In this document: one piece after another, positions 52,199-63,234 of the stretch
Layout of the letters: each line of letters begins with the position of its first letter
How positions within the stretch are numbered: the first letter of the stretch is position 1
Source of the DNA: Macrostomum lignano
Taxonomy: Eukaryota
Assembly: GCA_002269645.1 (NCBI GenBank)
Contig: NIVC01002439.1
Span: forward strand, 62,001-126,000
DNA length: 64,000 nucleotides
Direction of reading: 5' to 3'
Notes under the pieces: generated by a model
Told to the model about the DNA's origin: nothing
The model's database searches: none
What the model saw: only the letters and a program-made list of their open reading frames with translations
Made by a program: the position numbers and the translations under genes

Positions 52199-52565
52199 AG
52201 GGGGGCCGTAGCCCAGCGGTAGCGCAGCTGCTCTGGTGTGCCGCGACCCAGGCTCGATTCCAAGTGCAGCCACATTAATTTGGGGCTGGATTGGAATCTT
52301 GGCTTGGCTCGCTTGTGCAATTAACGGCCTTGAGAGCCAACCCCCCCCAAGGCGCAGTGAAGTGTACATGCCTAACAATTGATAAAGTTAGGGCCGCTGT
52401 ACACTCCTGTGTGAGTGTGTGCCTGCGTAACGTATCCGCGCGCTTGTATGCCTGCTCAGGGGAGTCGGCGGAATGGGCAGTAATGCCTCTCGCCGGTTGT
52501 GTGCCAATGACGCTTAAATTGCGCCAGGGTGCACACAACCCCCCTGCCTCTAATAATAATAAATA
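52199..52565 (+). mobile_element. SINE family A, full length, inserted in the Gypsy gag
   Basis: 13-bp TSD GAGGACAAGAACG (52186-52198, 52566-52578); tRNA-like head with B box GGCTCGATTCC; (AAT)n tail. Confidence 0.92.
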
Positions 52566-52578
52566 GAGGACAAGAACG

Positions 52579-54071
52579 CCAAGCAGGTCACTTGCTACTG
52601 CTATGGGAAACCTGGTCATCTAAAGAGTGAATGCCAATTCAAATCCTTGAAGTGTGATAGCTGCGGAAAATTGGGTCACCTGAGATCTGTCTGCAGAGCT
52701 TCAAAGACAAAGGCCGAAAGACGCCAAGAGTCTTCAAGGGTTCAACTAGTGCTGCAATCACCATCAATGGAGAAGTGTGAAGAGGATCAATGCAACAAGA
52801 TATTCTCCATGATAACCAGCAAGCAGAGAATTTTGCACACAGTGAGTATTAATGGCACAAGTGTTGAAATGGTGTTTGATACAGGTGCGGATGCCTCATT
52901 GGTATCCAAACACTCATTCGAACAACTGTCACAGAGGACAGATGTTATGCCAGTTGACAGAACATTTAAGGACTATCAGGGCTGTGCAGTCCCGCTGTTT
53001 GGTAAGTCGATTGTCACAGTGCAGTTCAACAGCATCACAACACAGCTTCCTATCTTCATTGTGGATCAGCCAGGAGCTCTGAACATCTATGGGCTTGAGT
53101 GGATGCACGCCCTTGAGCCACACCTGAATATTTACCAGGTTACGCATTTCGAAGCACATCTAGTTTTAAAGGACGAAGCCAGACCCGTGTTTCTCAAGCC
53201 AAGACCTATACCATACGGCATTCGAGAGAGTGTGAAACAGGAACTGGACTGCCTGGAAAGTGAAGGAATTCTGAAGAAGATTGATCAGAGCAAATGGGCA
53301 ATGCCTATTGTGGTTGTGAGAAAGCAGAGTGGAAAAATACGCATATGCGGCGACTACAAGGTGACTGTCAACAAATCCCTATGCGATATGGTCTCAACCA
53401 CCCCATGCATTGAAGATGTGTTGAGCCAGTTGGGTGGAGCCAAGATCTTCTCTGTTCTCGATCTGACGAATGCTTACCTACAGTTACCAGTAGACGATGC
53501 ATCTGGAAGCATCCTAACTCTGAGCACCCTTTTCGGGTTATATCAGCCCAAAGCCCTTGCTTATGGTGTCAAACAGGCAGTGGCAAATTTTCAGGGATAT
53601 ATGGACAAGCTATTAGCTTCGGAGAAAAATGTGGTCAGCTACCAAGACAACATCCTCATATATGGAAAAATGGAACAGGAACACGATGACCAGATTAACG
53701 TTGTTACACGCATCCTACAGGAAAACAATATCGTGGTTAACTATCAGAAAAGTGCACTCAAGTGCAGTAGAGTAAAGTTTTTGGGACTCGACATTGGCAG
53801 CGAAGGAATCAGTCCAGCAGAAGACAAGATGGAAGCCATACGGAGTTTAGCAGATCCAAGGTCTGTCAAGGAGCTTAGATCATTCCTGGGCCTGGCAGAG
53901 TTTTACTCCAGATTTATAAAAAATCTATCTACCATCAAAGAGCCTCTAGCAAAGCTCATTCGACTGAACATAGAAGACACTAATAAACGCTATCCTACTC
54001 GTAATCGAAGGCCGCCTGATAGACTGCAGTACAAAAAACTCGGGACATTAACCAAACAGAGCTTAATGTGA
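52579..54071 (+). pseudogene. pol: Gypsy gag zinc knuckles, protease and RT; RNase H and integrase deleted
   Basis: CYCYGKPGHLKSEC and CDSCGKLGHLRSVC; FDTGAD; RICGDYK, FSVLDLTNAYLQL, YQDNIL; at about 53965 the frame jumps to an integrase-tail-like RYPTRNRRPPDRL. Confidence 0.9.
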
Positions 54072-56309
54072 ATCCAAGCATAGTTTGCAATGGAAAGCTA
54101 CTCTTGTGAACTGATTGTGTACCTGTTGTTTTTATTTTATTATTTGAAAGCGTGTCTCCACCTCATTATGAAACCATGAGGTGAGTATTTTTTATCTCGC
54201 ATGGGAGGAGTGTTAGTATCGGCTTGGTGTGTGTCGGTATGCTGTCTTTGGCCAAACCCATAGAGTTGTAATGAGTGAAGGCAGTGCTAAAGAATAAATA
54301 AAAAAGAACGAAAGAAGACAAAGTAAGCCACAAGAGCATGCAGCTTGATTGTCAAGTGAAAGTGATTCAATAATCGACTCCGAGCTAACAGTTGCCGTGT
54401 CTCTAAGTGTGGCAATTATTTTAATACTAAGCCTACTAGAACCCATTTTGACTGTGTATCCTTTTGACCTTTTAATCTTCTTTTATCAATAACAATATCC
54501 TTAAAGTTCTATCCCATAGTTAAGAAAAAAGGCATGTATGTAGAAATTTTTTAAAGTATATTTAAAAAAAATTGTTCTATCAAGTAGTATTTCTAATCTA
54601 AGTTACTTTTTATATATGATTAAGTCTATTAACTGTTAGGTAAAAAATGATTGTAAATTAATTGTTAAATGTTTTGATAGCAATGTATATATTTTAACTT
54701 GTTTTTTCTAGATGAATTTATAAATTATGGTTTTTATTAAATATTGTCATTCATAAAAAACTTAGTATTTTTGTCCAATTAAATTTTTTAAAGTCTAGAT
54801 TAATAGAAAATCATACCCTCATATTTACTTTGGCTGGTTGTTATACCCTCATATAACAACCAGCCAAACTGGCCAATCTAGCTAGTTGGCAAGGGCCTAG
54901 CCAAGGTAATTACTTAAATGCCTATCTAATAATAGATAAGTATTTATTAGATTGGATGATAAGACATTTAGCCCTAATACAATCATAGTTATTCCTACCA
55001 TTTATCCAAATCATGTTATTTTTGCTGAGGTTTCTTTTATATTATAGATATAAGCATGTATTGCATTTGAAAATTGAATTGCATGGCTTTTTTAATCAAT
55101 GGGAGCTATGCTATAAACATATTTAATATTCAATTAACCTTTAAAATCGTTGGTGTTAATAGGGACTTCATTGAGGACCCTGAGTCTTGAAAATATATAT
55201 ATAAATGCAAATATATATTTTCTAAACAATAAATTTGAAAATTAAGTTTTTTTGTAAATAAATAATTTTGTAAAGAAATTACATAGAATTTAGCAAATCT
55301 AAATTATAAAAAAAGAAAATTAGACTATCAAAGTAATATATGTACAAGAAAATTGCTATGTACAACTAAGCAAAAAGCATTATTTCCTATAGTCCTACAT
55401 TGATCTATATTGTATTGACTATATTAGTTAATCATATTTTACTTAAATTAGTCAGATTAGTCTATTTAGCTTTTTTGTTTTATTTAGTTTGATTAAAAAT
55501 ATCTAATATTCAAATGTAACACAATAAAAAAAATCAAAAAAGAAAATGTCCCAAAAGGTAAAAAATTGTATAGGCCCATTTTTTATGAAAGAAAGTCTTG
55601 AAAGTATGAAAACTATTATCTATTATTGCCATGATAGCAATCTTTTAAACTTTTTTTTTAAGTATTTATATTTATAAAGGTATATTTTACATAGAAAAAT
55701 CTATATATTTACTGGGAATAAGAAATTTTTGCATGCAGTTTAGAAGAGAGATTCTTGCATATATTTTAAGGGACAAAAATTAATGTGCAGGTATTATTAT
55801 ACTGTTAGGTATTATACCATTTGCAATATGGGATCTTTTTGTATTTTTTGTAGACAATATCAATAGAATAGACAATTATTGATAAGTAGAAATATATGTG
55901 GAGTGATATCCACTATACAAGTGTACAAGAGGCTAAGTACACTTAAGAAGGCAGGTCCAACTTGGAGTTTAGATTATGTTCAAAAATATTTATTGTTTTA
56001 TTTGTAAGGGCTTATAATCAACCATGAACATTTTTTAAGTCATTTGTAAGTCATAATATATAAGAGAGAAAGCATTAACTATGCTCTAAACATACTTTAC
56101 CCTGCCGAGTTACACAGCATATTCTTAGAAAATTAGTAAGCACCGTGGCATGTCACTGAAATCTGCTTAAAAATTATGCAATCACTTTTCAGCTGAGCTT
56201 GCCACCTGCGCAGTCTGGCCAGTGGCAGCAAACAGCAAGCAGCTCCTTCAAGAAGCAACCAGAAAAGATATAAAAGATTATAAAGAATTTTTGCTCACAC
56301 AGTGCAGTC

Positions 56310-56819
56310 ATGGGAGTTGGGTCCAGTCGAGTACCGCTGCCCCCGCCTGGCCAGCCCGCTGGGCCCAGTGCCAGGCAAGGAGGCGGCGGCCCCAGCGGCT
56401 CCCGGCCCCGGATTCATTCGCACGTGTCCATGCAGCCGCCAGATGGAGAGCCGGGTGGCTCCGGGCTTCATCACCACCTGCAGCAATATCTGCAGCAGCA
56501 GCAGCAGGGCGCCAGCGGCAGCGGCCGGCATCGCAGCCGATCGCTGGACTTTCTATCCGGCCGACCCATCGGCGGCGCCGGTCGCAACAGCGACGACGAG
56601 TTCGACAGCGAAGACGAAGTGGACGACGGCCCGGTGATCGTGTCTGGCGGGCCGCGGCCGCCAAGGCAGCGAGGCGCGGCGGCGGCGGCAGCGGGGTCGG
56701 CCGGTCGGCAGCACCACGCGGCGCTGCTTCGCCAGCACCTCGGCCTGCCGTCCAGCTTCTACAGATCTGACATTCGCTGCCCGGTGTGCAGCAAGACGGT
56801 GCCGCATGATGAAATCGAG
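56310..56819 (+). CDS. ZNRF2: ZNRF1/2 E3 ubiquitin ligase exon 1
   Basis: MGVGSS (N-myristoylation-type), H/Q/G-rich region, CPVCSKTVPHDEIE; donor GAG|GTGCGC, phase 0. Paralog not resolvable between ZNRF1 and ZNRF2. Confidence 0.9.
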
Positions 56820-57074
56820 GTGCGCTTTTGCGCCCGAGTTAAAGTGCATTTTCGAGACGGGGAAATGTTTCAGTTTTTTAGCACTGAATTAGTTCCCAAT
56901 ATCTCACCTTCTGGACTTCCGAATCGCAAATAAAGCAGGCAGTTGCACTTTCTGAATGGATTTCGCAAAGATGCTTTTCTGCGCAGCGCTAAATGGGGGT
57001 TTTGCCATAGACAAATCCGGTCGGGAAAAACCCATTTAGAAAAAAAACACTACAGAGACTGGAACAGCTGGAAT

Positions 57075-57230
57075 TTCGACGGAACTTTGCTTGCTTGCCG
57101 GTTTCCTGTAGCTGTTCATGAATAGAAACAGCTTGATAAACTTGTGAGCGCAGCTCAGGCACAATGCATGCTGGCGTCTTGTGATTCGGAAGTCCAGAAG
57201 CTGAGGTTTTGGGAATTTTTTTTCCTAAAA
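57075..57230 (+). repeat. Interspersed repeat, second copy of the 12740 family
   Basis: Shares the blocks listed for 12740-12900. Confidence 0.7.
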
Positions 57231-57333
57231 AACTGAAATTTTCCCATCTCGTTTCGACAGTGCATTTTTCTGCGACATCTGCGTGTCCAGCGTCTATTTT
57301 AAGTACACTGGGTGCCCTTAGTTAAACCTGTCA

Positions 57334-57611
57334 GGAGTCCCAGTCAGTGGAGTCCCAGTCAGTGAAGTCCCAGTCAGTGAAGTCCCAGTTAGTGGAGTCC
57401 CAGTCAGTGGAGTCCCAGTCAGTGAAGTCACAGTCAGTGGAGTCCCAGTTAGTGGAGTCCCAGTCAGTGGAGTCCCAGTCAGTGAAGTCACAGTCAGTGG
57501 AGTCCCAGTCAGTGAAGTCACAGTCAGTGGAGTCCCAGTCAGTGAAGTCACAGTCAGTGGAGTCCCAGTCAGTGAAGTCCCAGTCAGTGAAGTCCCAGTC
57601 AGTGAAGTCCC
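57334..57611. repeat. 15-bp minisatellite (ZNRF intron)
   Basis: Unit CAGTCAGTGGAGTCC and variant CAGTCAGTGAAGTCA. Confidence 0.92.
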
Positions 57612-57668
57612 ATTTAATGAAATCAGACAGTAAAGTGCCAAAAGTACTAACTGAACTTTCACCCTCAG

Positions 57669-57823
57669 GTGCACCTGGTCGTGTGCCTCACGAAGCCGCG
57701 CATCAGCTACAACGAGGACGTCCTGTCCGAGGACAAAGGCGCCGAGTGCGCCATCTGCCTGGACGACTTGTGCCAGGGTGACACGATCGCCCGCCTGCCC
57801 TGCCTCTGCATCTATCACAAAGG
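57669..57823 (+). CDS. ZNRF2: ZNRF1/2 exon 2
   Basis: VHLVVCLTKPRISYNEDVLSEDKGAECAICLDDLCQGDTIARLPCLCIYHK; phase 0/2. Confidence 0.93.
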
Positions 57824-57928
57824 GTGAGCGGAGCTTTCCTTTTCTGATCTGAATTTAATTGTCGGATTTGTTTCATTATTAATAAATATCATTCGCCGTC
57901 ACTTCTCGCCTTTGCCATCAATGCTTAG

Positions 57929-57989
57929 CTGTATCGACGAGTGGTTCAAGCGGAGTCGCAGCTGCCCGGAGCACCCCGGCGACGGCTGA
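57929..57989 (+). CDS. ZNRF2: ZNRF1/2 exon 3 (last)
   Basis: GCIDEWFKRSRSCPEHPGDG* completes the RING-H2 domain. Confidence 0.93.
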
Positions 57990-58191
57990 GGAGCTCGACA
58001 CCTTCTGTCAGGATTTTCTACCCCGCTTTCATCAGGCCCCGATGCTCCTGTTGTGATACTTGCTGTGTTCTTCATTGTGTTCGCCATTGTTAAACAGTGG
58101 GTTTATTTTCCAAGAAATTTTTTCACTATTGAGTTGTTCATAATCGCAACTTCCATTTATTTGTACATTTCTTCTCGAATCAGCACCATTT

Positions 58192-59256
58192 TGACTGACT
58201 GACTGACTGACTGACTGACTGACTGACTGACTGACTGACTGACTGACTGACTGACTGACTGACTGACTGACTGATTGACTGACTGACTGACTGACTGACT
58301 GACTGACTGACTGATTGACTGATTGACTGACTGACTGACTGACTGATTGACTGACTGACTGACTGACTGATTGACTGATTGACTGACTGACTGACTGACT
58401 GACTGATTGACTGACTGACTGACTGACTGACTGATTGACTGACTGACTGACTGACTGACTGACTGATTAACTGACTGACTGACTGACTGACTGACTGACT
58501 GACTGATTGACTGACTGATTGACTGACTGACTGACTGATTGACTGACTGATTGACTGACTGACTGATTGACTGACTGATTAACTGACTGACTGACTGACT
58601 GACTGATTAACTGACTGACTGACTGACTGACTGACTGACTGATTGACTGACTGACTGACTGACTGACTGATTGACTGACTGATTGACTGACTGACTGACT
58701 GACTGACTGACTGACTGACTGACTGACTGATTAACTGACTGACTGACTGACTGACTGACTGACTGACTGATTGACTGACTGATTGACTGACTGACTGACT
58801 GATTGACTGACTGATTGACTGACTGACTGATTGACTGACTGATTAACTGACTGACTGACTGACTGACTGATTAACTGACTGACTGACTGACTGACTGACT
58901 GACTGATTGACTGACTGACTGACTGACTGACTGATTGACTGACTGATTGACTGACTGACTGACTGACTGACTGACTGACTGATTGACTGACTGACTGATT
59001 GACTGACTGACTGACTGACTGATTAACTGACTGACTGACTGACTGACTGACTGACTGATTGACTGACTGACTGACTGACTGACTGATTGACTGACTGATT
59101 GACTGACTGACTGACTGACTGACTGACTGACTGATTGACTGACTGACTGATTGACTGACTGACTGACTCACTGATTGACTGACTGACTGACTGACTGATT
59201 GACTGACTGACTGACTGACTGACTGACTGACTGACTGACTGACTGACTGACTGACT
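58192..59256. repeat. (GACT)n microsatellite, about 1.06 kb
   Basis: GACT units with GATT and TAAC variants. Confidence 0.97.
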
Positions 59257-59696
59257 AATACCAAATCATCTCTAGTCTCTGTTTCAACAAGGAAGATAAG
59301 TGGCATACCACCCTACATATCTGCTAGTAGGCACTTTACACATTTACAAAATGTGACTTATGTTTATTTTTGCATACGTTTCCAGTATGCTTCGTGTATA
59401 TAAATGTAAAGACTACTTTTGTGCCCATATTCTGCCTGTTTTATACTTTTATGAATTGCACACAAGAGTTCACCCCACCGTTATTGCTGCCCTAATGCTT
59501 ATCCTTAACTTTCTTCTGTTGCTGTCTTATGCCTGACAGGCACTCGCTTAACAGTATGGTTACTGGCTATGCAACCCGAGTTCAGAGTTGAGTTTTGAAT
59601 CAAACTAAATTTTGAGAATTGTGTTTTAGCCTATTTATAGCTTAAATATATTGATTTTTACACATAGGATCGCACATTTTGTTTTTTAGTTTCGCC

Positions 59697-61095
59697 ACCC
59701 GCCCCAGTGTGGCACACCCCTGACCAGCCCCGCCCGCCCCAATCAGTGTGGCACACCCCTGACCAGCCCCGCCCGCCCCAATCAGTGTGGCACACCCCTG
59801 ACCAGCCCCGCCCACCCCAATCAGTGTGCCCACACCCCTGACCAGCCCCGCCCGCCCCAATCAGTGCGCACACCCCTGACCAGCCCCGCCCCCCCAATGT
59901 GCGCACACCCCTGACCAGCCCCGCCCGCCCCAATCAGTGTGCGCACACCCCTGACCAGCCCCGCCCGCCCATCCCAATCAGTGTGCGCACACCCCTGACC
60001 AGCCCCGCCCGCCCATCCCAATCAGTGTGCGCACACCCCTGACCAGCCCCGCCCGCCCATCCCAATCAGTGTGCGCACACCCCTGACCAGCCCCGCCCGC
60101 CCATCCCAATCAGTGTGCGCACACCCCTGACCAGCCCCGCCCGCCCATCCCAATCAGTGTGCGCACACCCCTGACCAGCCCCGCCCGCCCATCCCAATCA
60201 GTGTGCGCACACCCCTGACCAGCCCCGCCCGCCCATCCCAATCAGTGTGGCACACCCCTGACCAGCCCCGCCCGCCCCAATCAGTGTGGCACACCCCTGA
60301 CCAGCCCCGCCCACCCCAATCAGTGTGCCCACACCCCTGACCAGCCCCGCCCGCCCCAATCAGTGCGCACACCCCTGACCAGCCCCGCCCGCCCCAATCA
60401 GTGCGCACACCCCTGACCAGCCCCGCCCGCCCCAATCAGTGTGCGCACACCCCTGACCAGCCCGCCCGCCCATCCCAATCAGTGTGCGCACACCCCTGAC
60501 CAGCCCCGCCCGCCCATCCCAATCAGTGTGCGCACACCCCTGACCAGCCCCGCCCGCCCATCCCAATCAGTGTGCGCACACCCCTGACCAGCCCCGCCCG
60601 CCCATCCCAATCAGTGTGCGCACACCCCTGACCAGCCCCGCCCGCCCATCCCAATCAGTGTGCGCACACCCCTGACCAGCCCCGCCCGCCCATCCCAATC
60701 AGTGTGCGCACACCCCTGACCAGCCCCGCCCGCCCATCCCAATCAGTGTGCGCACACCCCTGACCAGCCCCGCCCGCCCATCCCAATCAGTGTGCGCACA
60801 CCCCTGACCAGCCCCGCCCGCCCATCCCAATCAGTGTGCGCACACCCCTGACCAGCCCCGCCCGCCCATCCCAATCAGTGTGCGCACACCCCTGACCAGC
60901 CCCGCCCGCCCATCCCAATCAGTGTGCGCACACCCCTGACCAGCCCCGCCCGCCCATCCCAATCAGTGTGCGCACACCCCTGACCAGCCCCGCCCGCCCA
61001 TCCCAATCAGTGTGCGCACACCCCTGACCAGCCCCGCCCGCCCATCCCAATCAGTGTGCGCACACCCCTGACCAGCCCCGCCCACCCCAATCAGT
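59697..61095. repeat. 44-bp GC-rich tandem array, about 32 copies
   Basis: Unit CCCTGACCAGCCCCGCCCGCCCATCCCAATCAGTGTGCGCACAC. Confidence 0.95.
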
Positions 61096-61685
61096 AAAAA
61101 CACGGCGCAGATTTGAATCCTGTTCACACTTACTACACCATTTACTAATCTTTCCCGTTGCGTACACGGTTGTTATTTTTCTTGTTGTGTCGTTGCTATT
61201 CAATCAATGCTGTTCGGCGCATCTTGCTGGAATTGCTACACTTAACAAGAGTAATGATACTACAACTAATATATTAGATATTCTGTTTGATTGCTTCATT
61301 TTTTCATTTATACATTTCTCCTTTTGGCTACTTTGCTTGCCTAAAAATCCTGCTTCTGATTTTACATCGCCGATACTAGCGACATCGAGCTCTTTAATTT
61401 CGTTTCTTTTTTCGCCATTAGCGAAGTTAAGAATTATTGGTCGGGGTTAGTTCGTATCTTGTGTCGTGCTGCTGCCACACCTGACCTCCAAAGCAGGTCA
61501 GGCAATTTAGGCAAAAGTACACTCATTTATCTCACTGATGACATTGATCGAAATGTCACTTCACGTTAATGTCCTCTGATTAATGACCGGTCATTTACTG
61601 TAAGACAAACGGCAATTTTAATTTAAAGGGCAAACCAGACAAACGAAGCAACAATTTGTTTTAAATTAATTATGGTAAATTCCTA

Positions 61686-62760
61686 TCAAGCCATATTAAG
61701 CTCCATATCATTAGCTGTCTTATTTATCAAACGAATTTGCATTCGGAGAAGGTTGTTAAAGCTAAACTTCGCCGTCGCCAGATTTTCCTGATTAACGCCG
61801 GTGATGTGCATGTTTGACATCACATTGACATCCAGCTCACTGGTTCCAGAATCGCTTGGTCCTACTCGTACGTGTCCGGCCTGGTCACCTTTAACTTCTT
61901 CTTTAGTTTGCAGTGCCAATGCCGACGTCACAGCATAGCTGCTCGCTTGCAGAGATCGGTCCCGACGTTTTGTAAGGTACCTGCGTGCCGTTCGTTCAGA
62001 TGTCTGGCCGGTGATGGACATAATGTCAGCCATGCTATGTCCCGCGGCCTCTAGATCCGTAATCCTGGTGACCCTAAGAAAATATTATCAATGCACGATG
62101 ATTACATTACTAATGCATGTTGTTTAAAAGTTTTCTCTCAGATAAATTAAAGATCTAAGATCTGTTATTTTCGAGATCAAAAAAATTAGTCGTACTACCT
62201 GATGCAATGGTTGGAATACATCTTTGATAGCCCAGCCTTCTCGCTCAAGTTATGCATGAATCGAACAAGATTGTTGACACCGCGATTCTGCTTCGTTGAA
62301 TACGTAGGACTTCCGTTCGCAGAGTTTGCCAGTGGCCGTGGAAATAGGTGGTTATTCTTGGTTTCAACTGGTAGGTCTAGATACCGTCGTACCTTTTCAG
62401 TATCGTAAATTCTTGCCTGCTTGTTGTCGGGTTTTGTTTTACTCCTCACTGGATCCGCGGACTTATTCTTAGACGGAAGGGGCGGGAGACAGTAGAACTC
62501 CTTACCATCAGAGTCAGTGTGCAGCTCCAATGCATCTCGTCATGTCAGATGCGGCAGGTGCTCTTGGCCTCTTTCGCCCAAGCAATAAAGGACATAAAAC
62601 AGAAATTTGTCCTGCTCTGCCACTGCCGTACCTCCCTCGAAGTAGCATGCAAGCTTTTGCATATCATCAGTCTCCAATTTCGATGTCTATGGCCTCCAAT
62701 TTCGGCCATAGACAACTGCTTCACCAATGTTATCTACGGTACTGGCCATTGACATGAAGT
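61686..62760 (-). pseudogene. Crypton-type (DUF3504-like) tyrosine recombinase, two exons, decayed
   Basis: ETDDMQKLACYF..QDKFLFYVLYCLGERGQEHL..*..ELHTDSDGKEFY...HLFPRP...GVNNLVRFMHNLSEKAGLSKMYSNHCIR, a GT-AG intron at 62198-62074, then VTRITDLEAAGHSMADIMSITGQTSERTARRYL. One in-frame TGA (62540-62542) and one frameshift. Confidence 0.8.
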
Positions 62761-62819
62761 GTACGCATCGATATTTTCTTTCCCGCCTTTTCACCCATAG
62801 ACAATTCAATCAATGCAGC

Positions 62820-62905
62820 TAATATGAAGCACGAATTCAACAAGTTAATGGCTCGCGCACTTGCGCGCCCGGTTGGCCATTAATTTGAATTCGTGCTTCA
62901 TATTA
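62820..62905. other. 86-nt inverted repeat/hairpin
   Basis: 21-bp perfect arms TAATATGAAGCACGAATTCAA / TTGAATTCGTGCTTCATATTA plus inner 8-bp TTAATGGC / GCCATTAA. Confidence 0.85.
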
Positions 62906-63234
62906 ACCTACCATTATTCATTATTAGTCATTATCTAGAGTAGCAGATAAAAGTTAGCTGCGTTTTATAATAAGACAAAATGGTAGTAAATATATTGTAT
63001 TTTTGACGTATATTTAATTGTGTATTGTTTCTTTAACAAGACAAGCGGATTAAAGCCGGTGTCAGCTTTGATATGATTACTAGCACTTATAAAATCAAAT
63101 GGCAGAACTACGACCGACACCGTTTAAAAAAACTAACAACTACATACGCAGTGCGTGCATGCCGGGACCAAGCATTGGTAATTAAGTAATTAACAGTCCG
63201 AAGTCTATTGGTCCTTGGTTCGAATGTCTACATG

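Larger units (their letters stand above)
51426..54390 (+). mobile_element. Ty3/Gypsy LTR retrotransposon, internally deleted and inactive
   Basis: LTRs at 51426-51606 and 54211-54390 (TG..CA); TSD GTTGC at 51421-51425 and 54391-54395; PBS-like ATAGCGACGAGG; PPT GGGAGGAG; gag, zinc knuckles, protease and RT remnants. Confidence 0.95.

Noticed and set aside
13190-60566. Other long low-complexity ORFs over the arrays at 13.2k, 14.3k, 22k, 23.5k, 26.5-27.5k, 29k, 36k, 38k, 39.6k, 49.5k, 57.3k, 58.7k and 59.7k
   Set aside because: All coincide with tandem repeats and are open in several frames.
61204-61443. Open minus frame ending in a signal-peptide-like MKQSNRISNILVVVSLLLLSVAIPARCAEQH
   Set aside because: Only 31 codons from the ATG, with no mature domain and no convincing splice sites.
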